From NCBI RefSeq assembly GCF_011745625.1, contig NW_027191490.1:124001-178138 (forward strand): a stretch of DNA of 54,138 bases, written 5' to 3'. Source of the stretch: Cladosporium halotolerans. Taxonomy: Eukaryota. A program made the position numbers and the translations under genes. The first letter of the stretch is position 1. Every line of letters starts with the position of its first letter. Shown here in pieces: positions 1-12,586 of this stretch. A model generated the notes under the pieces. It saw only the letters and a program-made list of their open reading frames with translations, made no database searches and had not been told where the DNA came from.

Positions 1-25
1 ATCAACCCGCCAATCAGCTTCGACC

Positions 26-1282
26 ATGTTCGTCAAGCCTATGTACGCTCTCGCCGCGGCGCTGCTGGCAGCCCCCGTGGTCCAGGGTCACTACATCTTC
101 TCTCAACTCATTGTCAACGACCAGGCTGTCGGTGGCGACTACGAGTACATCCGCAAGAACTCCAACGACTACCAGCCGTCGAGGTTCGAGCTCCTCAACA
201 GCGAGGACCTTCGTTGCAACAAGGGCGCCCTTTCCTCCCCGGCCAGCACCTACGAGGCGAAGGCCGGTGACAGCATCGGCGCCAAGCTCTGGAACAATGA
301 GTTCATCGAGCACCCTGGCCCCGGCATGATCTACATGTCCAAGGCCCCGGGCGCCGTCTCCGACTACATGGGTGACGGTGACTGGTTCAAGGTCTGGGAG
401 AGCGGCCCTGAGAACGGCCCTGCCAACGTCGACACCTCTTGGGGCACCTGGCAGAAGGACCGCATGACTTTCACCATCCCGGAGGACATTCCGGAGGGAG
501 AGTACCTCGTCCGCTTCGAGCACGTCGGTATCCACGAGAACCACGTGGGCAAGCCTCAGTTTTGTACGCATTACTCACACCTCACCTTTGATAATTGCAA
601 TGGCTAATACTCGATCCCAGACATTGAGTGCGCCCAGCTCTCCATCGCTTCTTCGGGTACCGGCGAGCCTGGCCCCACTGTCAAGATTCCTGGCGTCTAC
701 ACTGAGCAGGACCCGGCCTGGACCTACAGCATCTGGGATGGCGTGGACAACGGCTACACCATGCCCGGCCCCGCTGTCTGGAGCGGCGGTGGATCATCTG
801 GTGGCGCTTCCACCTCGTCTGCTTCCTCTTCGTCCGGCAACTCCTCCAGCGAGGTTGCCACTGGTGGCTCGTCCTCGAGCGGCTCCTCGTCTGCCCCGAG
901 CTCTGGCTCGTCCTCTGGCAGCTCTGGCTCGTCTTCCAGCACTGGTTCGTCCAGCGGTGCTTCCAACCCGTGGGGCGCTCCCTCGTCCGGCTCATCCAAC
1001 ACCGGCTCCAACCAGTGGGGCGCTCCGGCCTCTGGCTCCTCCACCGGCGGCGAGATGAGCGCCAGCGTCCCGACCACCGAGAACACCCAGGCCCAGGGCG
1101 GCGCTCCGGCCACCGGCGGCTGGGGAAGCTGGGGCGGCCAGTCCTCCGGCAACACCGGCGGCTGGGCTCCTCAGAACTCCGGCAACTGGAACGCTCAGGC
1201 CAACACTGCCGAGAAGCGCGAGTGCGATGTCGAGTACGTCGGTGGCTCGGCTGCGCGCGCGCGTCGCGCTGTTAGGGCTTAA
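26..1282 (+). CDS. AA9 (GH61) lytic polysaccharide monooxygenase with long Ser/Gly-rich C-terminal extension
   Basis: Signal peptide ending VVQG, then His1 (HYIF); LRCN, HPGP and GDGDWFKV motifs. Intron 564-620 (GTACGC...GCTAAT...CAG) restores QFYIECAQL. Ends TAA 1280-1282. Confidence 0.93.
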
Positions 1283-1796
1283 GTGCCTTCTGTGCGGAAA
1301 TGAGTAGCATTTGCTACTTTTCTTGGAGATGATGTTGAGAGGTTGTTGATTTGTGAGGGATGGGTTTCTGGGTGATGGCTTGTTGTATCATATCTCGGAA
1401 ATCGAATAAACACGTGAGTGGCCCGAGGCTTTCGACTGCTGCTTTTTGCTTCCTCTTCTTTTGCTGTGGTTTAAAACTTTCGCGCGCCTAGTTCTCGCGT
1501 GATACCATCGCGCGCATGCTTACCATTGTGTGAATACCATCACGGCATACTAAGCGATATGATTTTGCGAGCAAACTTCTCTAATCCGCGATAGCCGATC
1601 GTCTGACCACGCGAGCATAGCGGGTTGAAGCGAGTGCGCTAACAAGGGTGCTTGAGATCACCCGTGGGCGCCCCTTCTTGGATTCTCCTGCGAGACGACT
1701 GTTTGCCACATCGGAGCCCTTCGCCACACTTGAGACTGCGGGAGCTGGTGATTGACGTCTAACCTCGTCAAAATTGGCATTCAAGGACAAACAAGG

Positions 1797-2783
1797 ATGT
1801 GCTTCTCGCTTCCAACCACCGCCCATGGGCCATCGATCTCCGAACCGCCATACTCGTGCTCGCGACTCAATGGCAGCACCCACCTGGTCATTCAGAACGA
1901 CAAATATCTGGAATTCCCTTACGTCTATGTCAAGATCTATTCCTCTCTGGTCGTAGTCATTGACACAGGCTGCGGAGCGCACAATGGCAAGGATGGCATC
2001 CCAGCCCAGGAGCTGAGGGACTTCATCCTGTCCGACATCTTGAGCCCTGAGCAGCGCGACCACGACTTTCTTGTCCTCTGCACACACTGCCATTTCGACC
2101 ACATCGGCGGCATAGAAGCATTCGCCGCGTCTGGAGCGATGATCATAGCATCTGGTCGCGACCGCGACTTCATCAGCCCTGAACACCTAAGCGCTAACTC
2201 CCTCTGCGAAGCCTTCGGCACGAAGACGCCGCAGTACACCATTGGCCATCTTGCCCAAGATGGCGAGGAGCTGATGCACAACGGTCGCTCTCTAGGGCTC
2301 CGTGTGATCCACACGCCCGGACACACGCCGGACTCCATGGCCATCTTCGACGAGGCGGAGCGTTGGCTCTTCGTCGGCGACACGTGCTACCGGCGGCGTG
2401 CTACTATGCCCTGGGGAGAGGAGCAGGATGTTCCGGTTATCCTGCCCCTGCAAGGGAATTGGAGGGATTTCATGGACAGCCTTGAGAAGCTGGAGAACGT
2501 GGTGGCCGAGGCAGAGCAGCAGCATGGCGAGAGGGAGGTTCAGTTGGCTGCTGGGCATACGACGTCTCAAGGCTCTGCGAGGGATATTTTGCGGGAGGTC
2601 ATTGGGGTGTGCAAAAGGATTGAGGCTGGGAGCGTGCCCGTGATTGCGCGCATGCGCGGTGATGCTGTGGCTCCGGGAGGCACGCTTGGGGATGAGATGT
2701 TTGTGCTTTGGCAGGACGGCGGAGAAGCGGAGTTCAGTCTGATGGCACCTGAGAGTTTTCAGGATGACTTGAGGGAGACTTGA
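1797..2783 (+). CDS. Metallo-beta-lactamase-fold hydrolase
   Basis: Intronless ORF with IDTG, THCHFDHIGG (HxHxDH), TPGHTPD, VGD and AGH metal-ligand motifs. First ATG at 1797. Confidence 0.88.
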   Translation: MCFSLPTTAHGPSISEPPYSCSRLNGSTHLVIQNDKYLEFPYVYVKIYSSLVVVIDTGCGAHNGKDGIPAQELRDFILSDILSPEQRDHDFLVLCTHCHFDHIGGIEAFAASGAMIIASGRDRDFISPEHLSANSLCEAFGTKTPQYTIGHLAQDGEELMHNGRSLGLRVIHTPGHTPDSMAIFDEAERWLFVGDTCYRRRATMPWGEEQDVPVILPLQGNWRDFMDSLEKLENVVAEAEQQHGEREVQLAAGHTTSQGSARDILREVIGVCKRIEAGSVPVIARMRGDAVAPGGTLGDEMFVLWQDGGEAEFSLMAPESFQDDLRET

Positions 2784-3815
2784 CGGAGACATACTGATGC
2801 ACGTGGATTCTCACCTATCGCCGCCTGTGCCGCTTGTGCCTCCATCGCTCGACGGCGGAAAATCTGGGTTCAAGCAGTCGGAGGATGAGAAAGCACTCTC
2901 TTTCATACATTCGCGATAAAAGCATGCTCGAGAAAGCCCTCTACCGAATGATGACCGAGACAGCCAATGTCCATGAGCTCAGCTTGGAGTGAGTGACAAT
3001 GATCGTTCGATGTCCCCGACCTGCAGCCAGACGAGCCGAGGTTTTACGGTATGCGCTCGAGCACGAAGCAGACAACAATGTGGCTTGCATGATGGATAAA
3101 TAGGGTACGGGAGCAAGCCGCCCGCATCGGCTCCACATGTGCTTGTGCGACCCGATGTCAAGCATTTACCCAAGCACTTCGGCGCGTGTGCTTCCACACT
3201 ACCAAGCATGACCGAGACCGCAATATAGCGGATGTTAGGGTTCTAGGTATACGGTCCCCGCAATCAACCCCACATCAACCCCGTCCCGACCTGGGGTTCG
3301 TGTTTCTCCGCCGGCAGTCGGATCGTGTGCCGGCTGCCAGGTCGAGAAGGGGAGTGGAATATAGAGAGAAATAGCAGGCAGTCACTGGTCAAAGATGCAA
3401 GCGTATATGGTATCCATAACCGGACATATACACAAGCAGACTTGAGGACACCGGAAAATTATTGCACGCCATGCTCTACCTGACCACGCGGACAACGCCA
3501 CGATGCATGCTGCAGATTGCCCGACCACGCAAGAGACGGCACTGATGACTTTTCACGCTGCGGAGCCGGCATACATGCTTTGCCCATGCTGGCCACTTGG
3601 TAGCATTGTGCCTAGCTCTCCAGCATGGTGTCAAGCTACTGGAACAATAGATCTGTTAGACTACCGGATCAATTGCTCTAGCGTGTCCGCGGCATGACAT
3701 GCTCCGACGCAATTGACATGACCTCCTACCTGCCCTCTTCGACTGGAAGCGGTCACAGTCCGCGAGCCCAAACCAAAAGACACGAATGGACATACTAGAA
3801 ATGGAGTGGCCAGAC

Positions 3816-3821
3816 TATAAA
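3816..3821 (+). promoter_or_regulatory. Putative TATA box of the GH54 gene
   Basis: TATAAA 95 nt upstream of the ATG at 3911. Confidence 0.4.
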
Positions 3822-3910
3822 TACAGCGGCTTCGTCCCAAATCTCGGTCTTCCACAATCCAGAATCTTTTGCATTTTCCATTCTGTAACGCCCTCTCGAG
3901 ACTATTTAGA

Positions 3911-5469
3911 ATGCCTCAAAAGTCCGGCCTCGCCCTAGCTCTCGGCGTCATTGCCACTCTTCCTTTCGTCTCAGCTGGGCCCTGTGACTTGGCTCCTTGT
4001 GTCGCTGCTCACGGCACGACTCGTGCCTTGTCCAAGTCTTACTCAGGCCCGCTATACCAAGTAAAGCGTGCCTCCGATGGCAAGACAACAGATATCAAAC
4101 CACTCTCTGCCGGTGGTGTCGCCAACGCAGCCTCCCAAGATTCCTTCTGCGCGGGAACCACTTGCCTCATCACAGTCATCTACGATCAATCTGGGCACAA
4201 CAACCACCTCACTCAAGCTCCTCCGGGTGGCGCTGCAAGTGGCCCAGATGCTGGCGGCTTTGACAATCTCGCAGCAGCCGACGGTGCTCCTGTGCTGTTG
4301 AATGGAAAGAAGGCATACGGCGTCTACATTTCCCCAGGCACGGGCTATCGCAACGATGTCACCAACGGTGTACCTACTGGTGACGCAGCTCAAAGCATCT
4401 ACGCTGTCATTGACGGCACTGTCTACAATGACGGATGCTGTTTCGACTACGGAAACGCGGAAACGAACAACTTGGACACGGGAGATGGTCATATGGAGGC
4501 CATCTATTTCGGAACCAATACCATCTGGGGAAGTGGCAATGGAGGTAGGGATTTTCCCGAAGGTGTACTTTGACGAGCGTAGGCTCCGGCTAACACAAAA
4601 CTATCAACGCAGCCGGGCCCTGGCTGATGGCAGATCTTGAGAACGGTCTGTTCTCTGGCTACAACGCCAAAAACAACCCTGCCGACCCCTCGATCTCGTA
4701 TCAATTCCTGACGGCCATCGTGAAAGGCCAGCCGAACCAGTGGGCTCTTCGCGGCGGCAACGCTGCTTCCGGCTCGCTATCGACCTACTACTCTGGAGTC
4801 AGGCCTGCTGGATATAACCCAATGCACAAGGAGGGAGCCCTGCTGCTCGGTATCGGTGGAGACAACAGTATCTCAGGCGCCGGGCTCTGGTACGAGGGTT
4901 GCGTTTACGCGAAATACAACTCTGATGCTACTGAGGCTTCGATCCAGTCGGACATCGTGGCTGCGAAATACTCAAACAGTGCACTAACTACCGGCCCAGC
5001 AGTCACTGTTGGGTCGTCAGTCTCCTTCAAGGCAACAACGCCCGGTTACACGGATCGCTACCTCGCTCACTCCGGAGCCACCGTCAACACTCAAGTCGTC
5101 TCGTCTTCCAGCAGCACCACACTCAAGCAGCAAGCCAGCTGGACTGTCCGCACTGGCCTCGGCAACTCGCGCTGCGTCTCTTTCGAGTCCAAGGATACCC
5201 CCGGCAGCTTCCTGAGGCACTACAACTTCGTGCTGCAGGTCAACGCAAACGACAACTCGAAGTCGTTCAAGGAAGACGCTACTTTCTGCCCACAATCTGG
5301 GCTCAGTGGTCAAGGCAACTCGATTCGCGCATGGAACTACCCGACTCGTTACGTTCGCCACTTCAATAACGTGGGTTATGTCGCGACGAATGGTGGCACG
5401 CACGATTTCGACGCCGCGGGCGCTTTCGTCAACGACGCTACTTGGGTGCTTGGGAAGAGTTTGGCTTGA
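3911..5469 (+). CDS. abfB: Alpha-L-arabinofuranosidase B (GH54 catalytic domain + CBM42)
   Basis: Signal peptide; PCVAAH, CCFDYGNAE, GPWLMADLENG (nucleophile) and GIGGDNS (acid/base) motifs; C-terminal CBM42 (FLRH, YVRH). Intron 4545-4612. Confidence 0.95.
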
Positions 5470-6552
5470 GGTGCGAACGTAGATATGGTGTACTGCAAGC
5501 GGCTCTGCTATGTCGGGAGGGCGGAGCTCGGCTGCTGTTAGTTCGAGATATGAAGAGACTCGTTGAGCTGCCAAGTTAGATAGAGAGATCTGTGAAAAGT
5601 AACATTGTCCAATACAAATGTTCAGGGAAGAGTTTTTGACAGCGTGTCAATGCCTTCGGCATCGGTTGTATATGATCGATGCGGGCGCAAGGGAATATGG
5701 CATCCAGCACAGGAGAACCTTGGAAGCTGGCCGCCAGCCCTGGACGGACCTGTTCCGCCGGTCTCGGAGACACGGCGTAGCGGCCCTGCGGATCGTGTTG
5801 AGCTAGGGTCTCCCGGACAAGATCAACGCCTGAGACAGTTATTTTTATGCTTAAAATCCGTGTTTATTTTGCGCAAACCAGCTTTGAAGACTTGCAATAG
5901 GCATGTTTGCTACACATTCGCTCAGAGATGCTGGAAGCAGTCCTTAGGCTCGTACATCTGGTCTCCCACAATCTCTTACCATCCGACGACTGGCGCTGGA
6001 CTGATCGTAATCTGTGGCACACTCCACATTTCGCAGAGTGAACTTGGTCCAGGCGGAAGGCTCGGCTTTCTTCAAACTCGACAGGGCAAATGGTAGTCGT
6101 GATACATGATGACATCAGGGTCGAAGCACACTATAATGATGACCGAAGGAGTTGACGGGTAGCGGCCCGACGGCCATAGGCAGATCAGATGTCGATCAAG
6201 CAAAATCTGGATGCAGCTTGCGTGTGTTGTTGCGTTGCTCAGCTGGTAGACGGATTAAAGGAGAGCACGTCAGTCACTTACCTTTTTCCCGGGAGCGCGC
6301 TTTTTCTCAAGACACTGAGTGAGCAACACGCAAAATGCCGCACGTGCTAGAGATGCGACACATTGCTGGTCTCAGCGAAGATTCTGAGGACTATGGACAT
6401 ACAACGGCAAACGCGTACACGCTGAGGTCGGCCCAATGGCGCTGATCTCGATCTGATGAGGCTGTCCTGATGCGAAAGCAGGACTTCGAATATAAGACCG
6501 TCGCCTCTAGTCCCTGCATTAGTCCTGGTAGCACATCTTTCCATTTGTACAG

Positions 6553-8453
6553 ATGCATATGATGACTCTTGGTCGACAATCTTCCACCGGCCGGCAGGTG
6601 CAGACCCTTTTTCGCGAAACTTACATAGGCTGGACATTACGATCTCTCGGCGTTACACATATCTTCTCGTACAGCGACGAAGAGTGTCAGGGCATACCGG
6701 AGAAAGATTATATACCAGCCGACTCTGATCAAGATAGCGACTCAACGAAAGCTGAGAATCCTTTCCTTGTACGGTTCGTTCCAGAATATGATCTTGGCGT
6801 AAGAATACTTTGTATCTCATGCGATCAGTACTAGTAAGCTAACGCTCACAACAGAATCCACGACATTGGCCATTGGGGGTCAAGATTATCGTCACCGCCA
6901 TCATAAATCTTGTGACCGTGGCGTGCTACATGGGTGCTTCTCTGTGGTCGGCTAGTACGGAGGGCTTCAAAGAAGCCCTGGGCATCAGCACAACAGTGGC
7001 GAATTCGGGTACGGACATTATCTTGGGATATTCAGCGGTCGACTTCGGAGCTAACTCTTTTAAAGGAACTTCTCTCTACCTCTTCGGGCTCGCTATCGGC
7101 GGTATGCTGTTCAGCCCCATATGCGAATTGCCCCAGGTCGGAAAGACACATGTCTACATCCCCGCTCTAACGGCATACCTACTCTGTCTGTTGCCAATCT
7201 TACTCAGCGATTCTATCGTCGTCATTCTGGTGTTTCGCTTCATCACAGGATTCCTGGCTAGCCCTACGGTCTCTCTTGGAGGCGCAAGTGTGGCAGACGT
7301 TTGGGAAGCGAGGAACCTTGGTCCGCCCATGATCATATACGACGGGGCGACAGCCTTCGCTACATTCATTGGTACATCAGTCCATTGTCTAGAAGGTCTC
7401 TGATTCTGACAACTTCTCAGGCCCTGTAATGGGAAATTGGGCCGCACAATTAGCACCCGGGGAAAGCTATCGTTGGCCAATGTGGATCAACTTTTGGTTC
7501 TCGGCGATAGCATTGATCGCATGCTTCTTCTTCTTACCGGAAACATCACCAAGCACCATCCTCCACTGGCGAGCGTCTCGGATCAGGATGAAGACCGGCG
7601 ACGACAGGTACCACACGAAAGGCGAAGTGGGTGTCGCAAAGCGGACAACCGGCGCGTGGATGGAGAGACTCTTCGTGAAACCCATCACACTCAACTTCAA
7701 AGAGCCGATCGTTCTTGTTTTGAACAGCTACCTTGCGCTGGTCTATGCTCTCCTGTTTGCAGCACTTGAATCGTTTCGGATTGTGTACGTGGACATCTAC
7801 GGATTCACCCCTGGACAGGAAGGCTTGACCTTCATCGCTCCTTTCGTCGGATTCGTATTGTCGCAAGCTATTTACTTTGCATGGTATCAGAAATACCAAG
7901 AACCGGAGTTCGAACAGGGGACCATGAAGCCCGAGCGCCGGCTTTTACCTGCATTCTGCGCAGCTTTCACGATACCTATAGGGCTTTTCTGGTTCGGATG
8001 GAGTGCTCAAGCAAAGGTTCACCCGGCCATGCCAATCATCGGCGGTAAGTCAATCTACCTGTGTGCACCCAGATGGACGCAACTAACACTAGTAACTACC
8101 ACAGGCGCATTCCTTGGCCCAAGCACGCTGTGCCTCTTCGCAGCAACCCTGAATTATCTCCCGGATGCTTATCCGGAAGTTGCTTCAACTGTCCTTGCTG
8201 GTAAGTTGCTTGAACAGCTCGTCGCTCACCGACACTAACATCTCAAATCCAAGGCAGTAATTTCACCCGCTGCGCCCTTGCTGGCATCTTTCCATTCTTC
8301 ATCACGCCGCTCTACAAAGCCATTGGGCCTGGGTGGGCGTCTTCGATCTGGGCTTTGGTCGGAGTCATCTTTATGCCTGCCCCTTTTGTCATTTATCGTT
8401 CAGGTGCTTGGCTGCGCGCGAAAAGCCCGAATGCTACGAAGGACTTCGTGTAG
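6553..8453 (+). CDS. MFS drug:H+ antiporter (DHA1 family)
   Basis: Introns 6799-6854, 7009-7065, 7372-7420, 8045-8104 and 8201-8253 give NPRHW, FRFITG, GGASVAD, PETS, EPIV, PERRL and YLPDAY motifs and a GAWLRAKS end. Stop TAG 8451-8453. Start codon uncertain. Confidence 0.88.
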
Positions 8454-8873
8454 GGCATTACGCTCGCATAATACATCCCATGGCTGAGATGCCTAGAACT
8501 TTGAGACTGGTGAAAAAAGATACGGTCGACCACACCGTGAAATAGCCGGCTACGCCAGCTCATCGTTCGCAGCATGGTGCTTTAGGGCGTATGCGTCCGA
8601 TTCGAGCAAAGAAAAGCGAATGCATGCAAAGACCCCAGAGTGTGAAGTGAACCACGGTGGACCAATCAGGGAGCAACGGCACCCGGCGCTTGTCATCTGG
8701 AGGCGCGGCTGCAGCCGTGCCACGCCTCGTACATCAACAGCGTGGCCAATCTTGCCAACTGAGAAGCCGCGGAACAGACAACCGAGCCCGAGATAGGAAG
8801 ATCATAGACGACGCTCGCTTGATCCTCATTTCTCATTCTGTATAGGATTGCAGAACCTCTCTGGGCCCATTCC

Positions 8874-10393
8874 ATGGCCTTTTCCCCGTTTGAGAACCTA
8901 CCTGTGGAGCTTTTCGAAGCCATCAACGTCCATGTGAGCTTGCAGGACCTGTGCAATGTTCGCCTAGCGAGCCGCTCAATGGCTTTAAACGCGACTCAAA
9001 GCCACTTTGGCTCCTTCTTGCGCTCACGATGCGTGGAAATGACAAGGCCAGCGCTGGAAACCATGGCTGATCTGACAGCCAAGGGCCGCATCGGCTGCTT
9101 CGTCAGAGAGCTCACGCTCGCTGGCGTGGTATACAACACTGCTGGACTTCATCATCAATTGCAGATGGGAACAAAAACTATGCTCGGGCGCGGGTGTGAG
9201 GGATCTGGAATGCTCGATGAGCCAAAGGAGCAGGCGACTGCGGCGGAGCTTTCACATGTGGCTACAGCACTCGACATAATGCGAGAAATTCATGTCGACT
9301 ACGTCCAGTTTCATGAATCTGGAGACGATGTTACCTTGCTAACAGCTGTACTTGAGAATCTTGCATCAAACACAAAGCGCCGTGGGCTAGCATCTCTTAA
9401 ATTAGATGTTGCAGAGTACCGTCAGGACACAAAAACTACACAGCCCGCATTCAACAGGTTAGCTTGGAGATCTGTGTGGCATGTGGCAGAGCAGACATTC
9501 AGAATCTTCGCAGTTGCCTTGGGTGCAGCCAGGTTACCGATACAGGAGCTCAACTTCTTTTGCAACGACTTCTCTGGCCATTGCAGTCTACAATGCCACC
9601 AACTCAGCCGCTGCGAGTGGAAGACAAGTGGCGTCATCTTCGCCCTCGCTAGCGTGGAGTCGTTATCAATCAGTTTATCCGATCGCGTACTCAATGAGAC
9701 CGCACACGATGCCTTAGCGACTGGTGATCCGGTCGAGAGAAAGTTCCCACTCCAGATGCAGACGAATCTACATCAAGTCTAGGAGAGCTGAAGAAGCAGA
9801 CTGCGGAAGTCGAAAACTTCAGCGGTCTGGTGACGCTATTGAATAGTTGCAAAAGGCTGAGGAGACTCGAACTCAGGCGATGCTACGTACGCCAACGTCA
9901 TCCTGAGCTGAGGGATTATCAAGGAGAGAAATTCATACAATACCTCGCCGGGATCGCTCGTCTTGGAAATCTGGAGATCGTATCTTTGGGTAATTTCGTA
10001 ACGAGAAAGCAAGACCTATTGGGCATTTTGCAACGACATCCAATCTGCGATCTCACGCTTGTCAACATTTCACTGTATTCCGGCGCATGGAATGACATCT
10101 TTGAACACTGCACTGCCAACATGCATGCCCTACACTTGGAAGATTTGTCTCAAGGCTGCCGAAAAATGTTATTCGGCGACTATCACGAGGACATCGAAGA
10201 CTCTCTTCTCAAGGGCTTGCGTAAGTCGCAGAACACACACATACGCCACTGCAATGACCCGGAGAAGCCGATCGTATGGCGTATCCCTCGCTATCGCCGT
10301 TTAGGCCCCGACCCGGTCGTGCATCGGCGTCTAAAAAGGGTGATGAACATGTTTGGTCCGCCAGCGTCGCATTATCCTGGTCCGCACCATTGA
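8874..10393 (+). pseudogene. F-box-like/LRR-type fungal protein interrupted by an apparent 1-nt frameshift
   Basis: N-terminal LPVELFEAI...DLCNVRLASR F-box-like motif. Frame 1 stops at 9780-9782; the second frame is open 9728-10393 and contains ENFSGLVTLLNSCKRLRRLEL. No convincing intron at the junction. Confidence 0.6.
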
Positions 10394-11120
10394 CAAAGGA
10401 GCTTTAAGGGGGAGAAACAGCTACCTTGAATCCTACTGGCGCCGGTCAGGTCTGAAAAATGGCTGTAAGGATTGCGATGATCAATCCAAGAGACAAGCCA
10501 ACCTCCGGTGTCATTCAAGAATTCCTTCGCAAAATCGACACAATGGTTCCTTACGTGATATGGCGATCGCAATCTTGTAATTCGGTTCGTGATCAATTTC
10601 ACAATTCTGGACTCCTATTGTTCTCCAATTGCTGCATTTCAAGCCCAAACCCTGTCGTCACCTTTCAATAGCGTCGCTGATGTGATCTGCACAATTCTTG
10701 TATCATGCCGATCCCTCAGAGCGCAATGCGCCACCCTAGCGCCAGTACCCAAACCCCGATGCAAACATCGAATGCGCTAAGTATTAATACTTGACTTCTA
10801 ATTGGATGCTCCTATGCGGTTCTCCAACATCTTTGACGGGATCTGCGGTTTGCTTCTGTTCCAACAAAGATAGTGCTTGAACGCCACTGCCTTGTATCGC
10901 GCTACCGACATACTGGCGCAATGATGCAATGCACGAATAGGTATTAGTTTGAATCTCGCGCGGTCTCAACCTGTGATGTTGAGCGATGCATGGGCGTTCG
11001 ACTTAGCTGGAACAATATTCCGCGCACACATGGAAGATATAAAACTAGTCCAGTCAGTCGAAAGCAAAGTGATGTACACGCAACTTCTCCCCCATCAGAG
11101 CATTCGATTTCGACGCGATC

Positions 11121-12586
11121 ATGGTCAACTTCTTTCATGCTTTGAGCATGGCCTCGGCCGCCATGGCTATCCCTTCGTTCATGAACGATCCCGTCGCACT
11201 GGAGAAAGCCAGAGAGCTCCTCCGCCGCGATGATGCTCTCGGAATCAGCAAATCGCAGACGAATTGTGGGCCGACACCTTGCATCACGTTTGGTGAAGAT
11301 GATCAGTTCATTTCACTCACCGGCGCTCACGCCTATGCCTCTCCGGGGCCGGGTGACATCCGCGGCCCTTGTCCTGGCCTCAACGCAGCTGCAAATCACG
11401 GATATCTTCCTCGTGATGGGTGAGTGACAGCACATTAGTTGTCAAGCTTCTTCGGCGTTGACACCAAACAGAATCGCTTCGATCGAGGAGACCGTTTCTG
11501 GTCTGGGTGGCCTGTACAACATGTCACCCGAGCTGGCTGCTGTCTTAGCCGCTTATGCAGTTGCACTTGATGGGAATGTGCTCCAGGGTGTGTGGTCTAT
11601 CGGAGGTCCGCTGCCGCCGGACCTTCTTAGCGATGCCCTGCTTGGGACGGGTCAAGGTCTTTCATACTCGCACAACAATTACGAGGGTGACTCGTCGATC
11701 GGTTTGTGTGGATTCCCCATGCTCTTGTGAACGTGCTGACCAGGTCCAGGTCGCAATGATGCGTATCTGAACGGAGGTGACGCGCATTCGCTCAACATTA
11801 CGAAGTTCGAGCGCGTGTACGAGCTCGGTGGCCCCGAAGACCGCTACACCCTGGACAAGTTTCGCGCCCGGTTCGAGGAAGTCCAAGATGAGTCGATTGC
11901 CAACAACCCGTATTATTTCACAGGCGCTTTCAGCACGGTGGTGGTCGTGCCAGCGGCTTACAATTTCGTCATCAACTTCATGTCCAATCACACCAAGGAG
12001 GAGCCCAGTGGATACCTGGACGGATACAATTTCAAGACGTTCTTTGGCGTGAGCGGCGAGCCAGGCTCATTCAAGTGGGAGCGAGGCCAAGAGCGTGTCC
12101 CGGAGAACTGGTACCGCCGCCCTTCGGACAATCCGTACACTGCTGTCGATGTATTCGCCGATGTTGGCATTGGCTACGCGGCGTATCCCAACACACTGAA
12201 GTAAGCTTTATTATCGGCATCTCCACCTGCATGTGGCCTTTTTTACTGACTTGAAGACAAGATTTGGCGGCAACACTGGCAAGCCGAACTCGTTCGTGGG
12301 CTTGAACGTCGCTGATCTGACCGGTGGTGTTTTCAATGCCAAGGATCTCTTCGAGGGGGACAACCTCGCTTGCTTCTCGTTCAGCCTGCTGCAGCAGGCA
12401 ATCCCAGACTTCCTCAACACAGCATTGAACAACCTGGGGCCGATTACGGACCTGATTGACAAATATGTTGGCCCGATTGTGGGCGGCCTCAGTTGCCCGC
12501 AACAAGGCAAATACGATGTCGGTCTGTTTGACCAATTCCCGGGCTACTCTTACAGTCCGACCGGTCCGGCAACAAACTACAAGTAG
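11121..12586 (+). CDS. Secreted heme-thiolate peroxidase / unspecific peroxygenase, long type
   Basis: Signal peptide; RGPCPGLNAAANHGYLP (heme-ligating Cys); SHNNYEGDSS. Introns 11420-11471, 11702-11749 and 12201-12261. Confidence 0.92.

Noticed and set aside
26..12586. AA9, GH54, MFS and peroxygenase as a plant-biomass gene cluster
   Set aside because: The genes are co-oriented but functionally mixed and widely spaced, and I could not support a shared regulatory motif.
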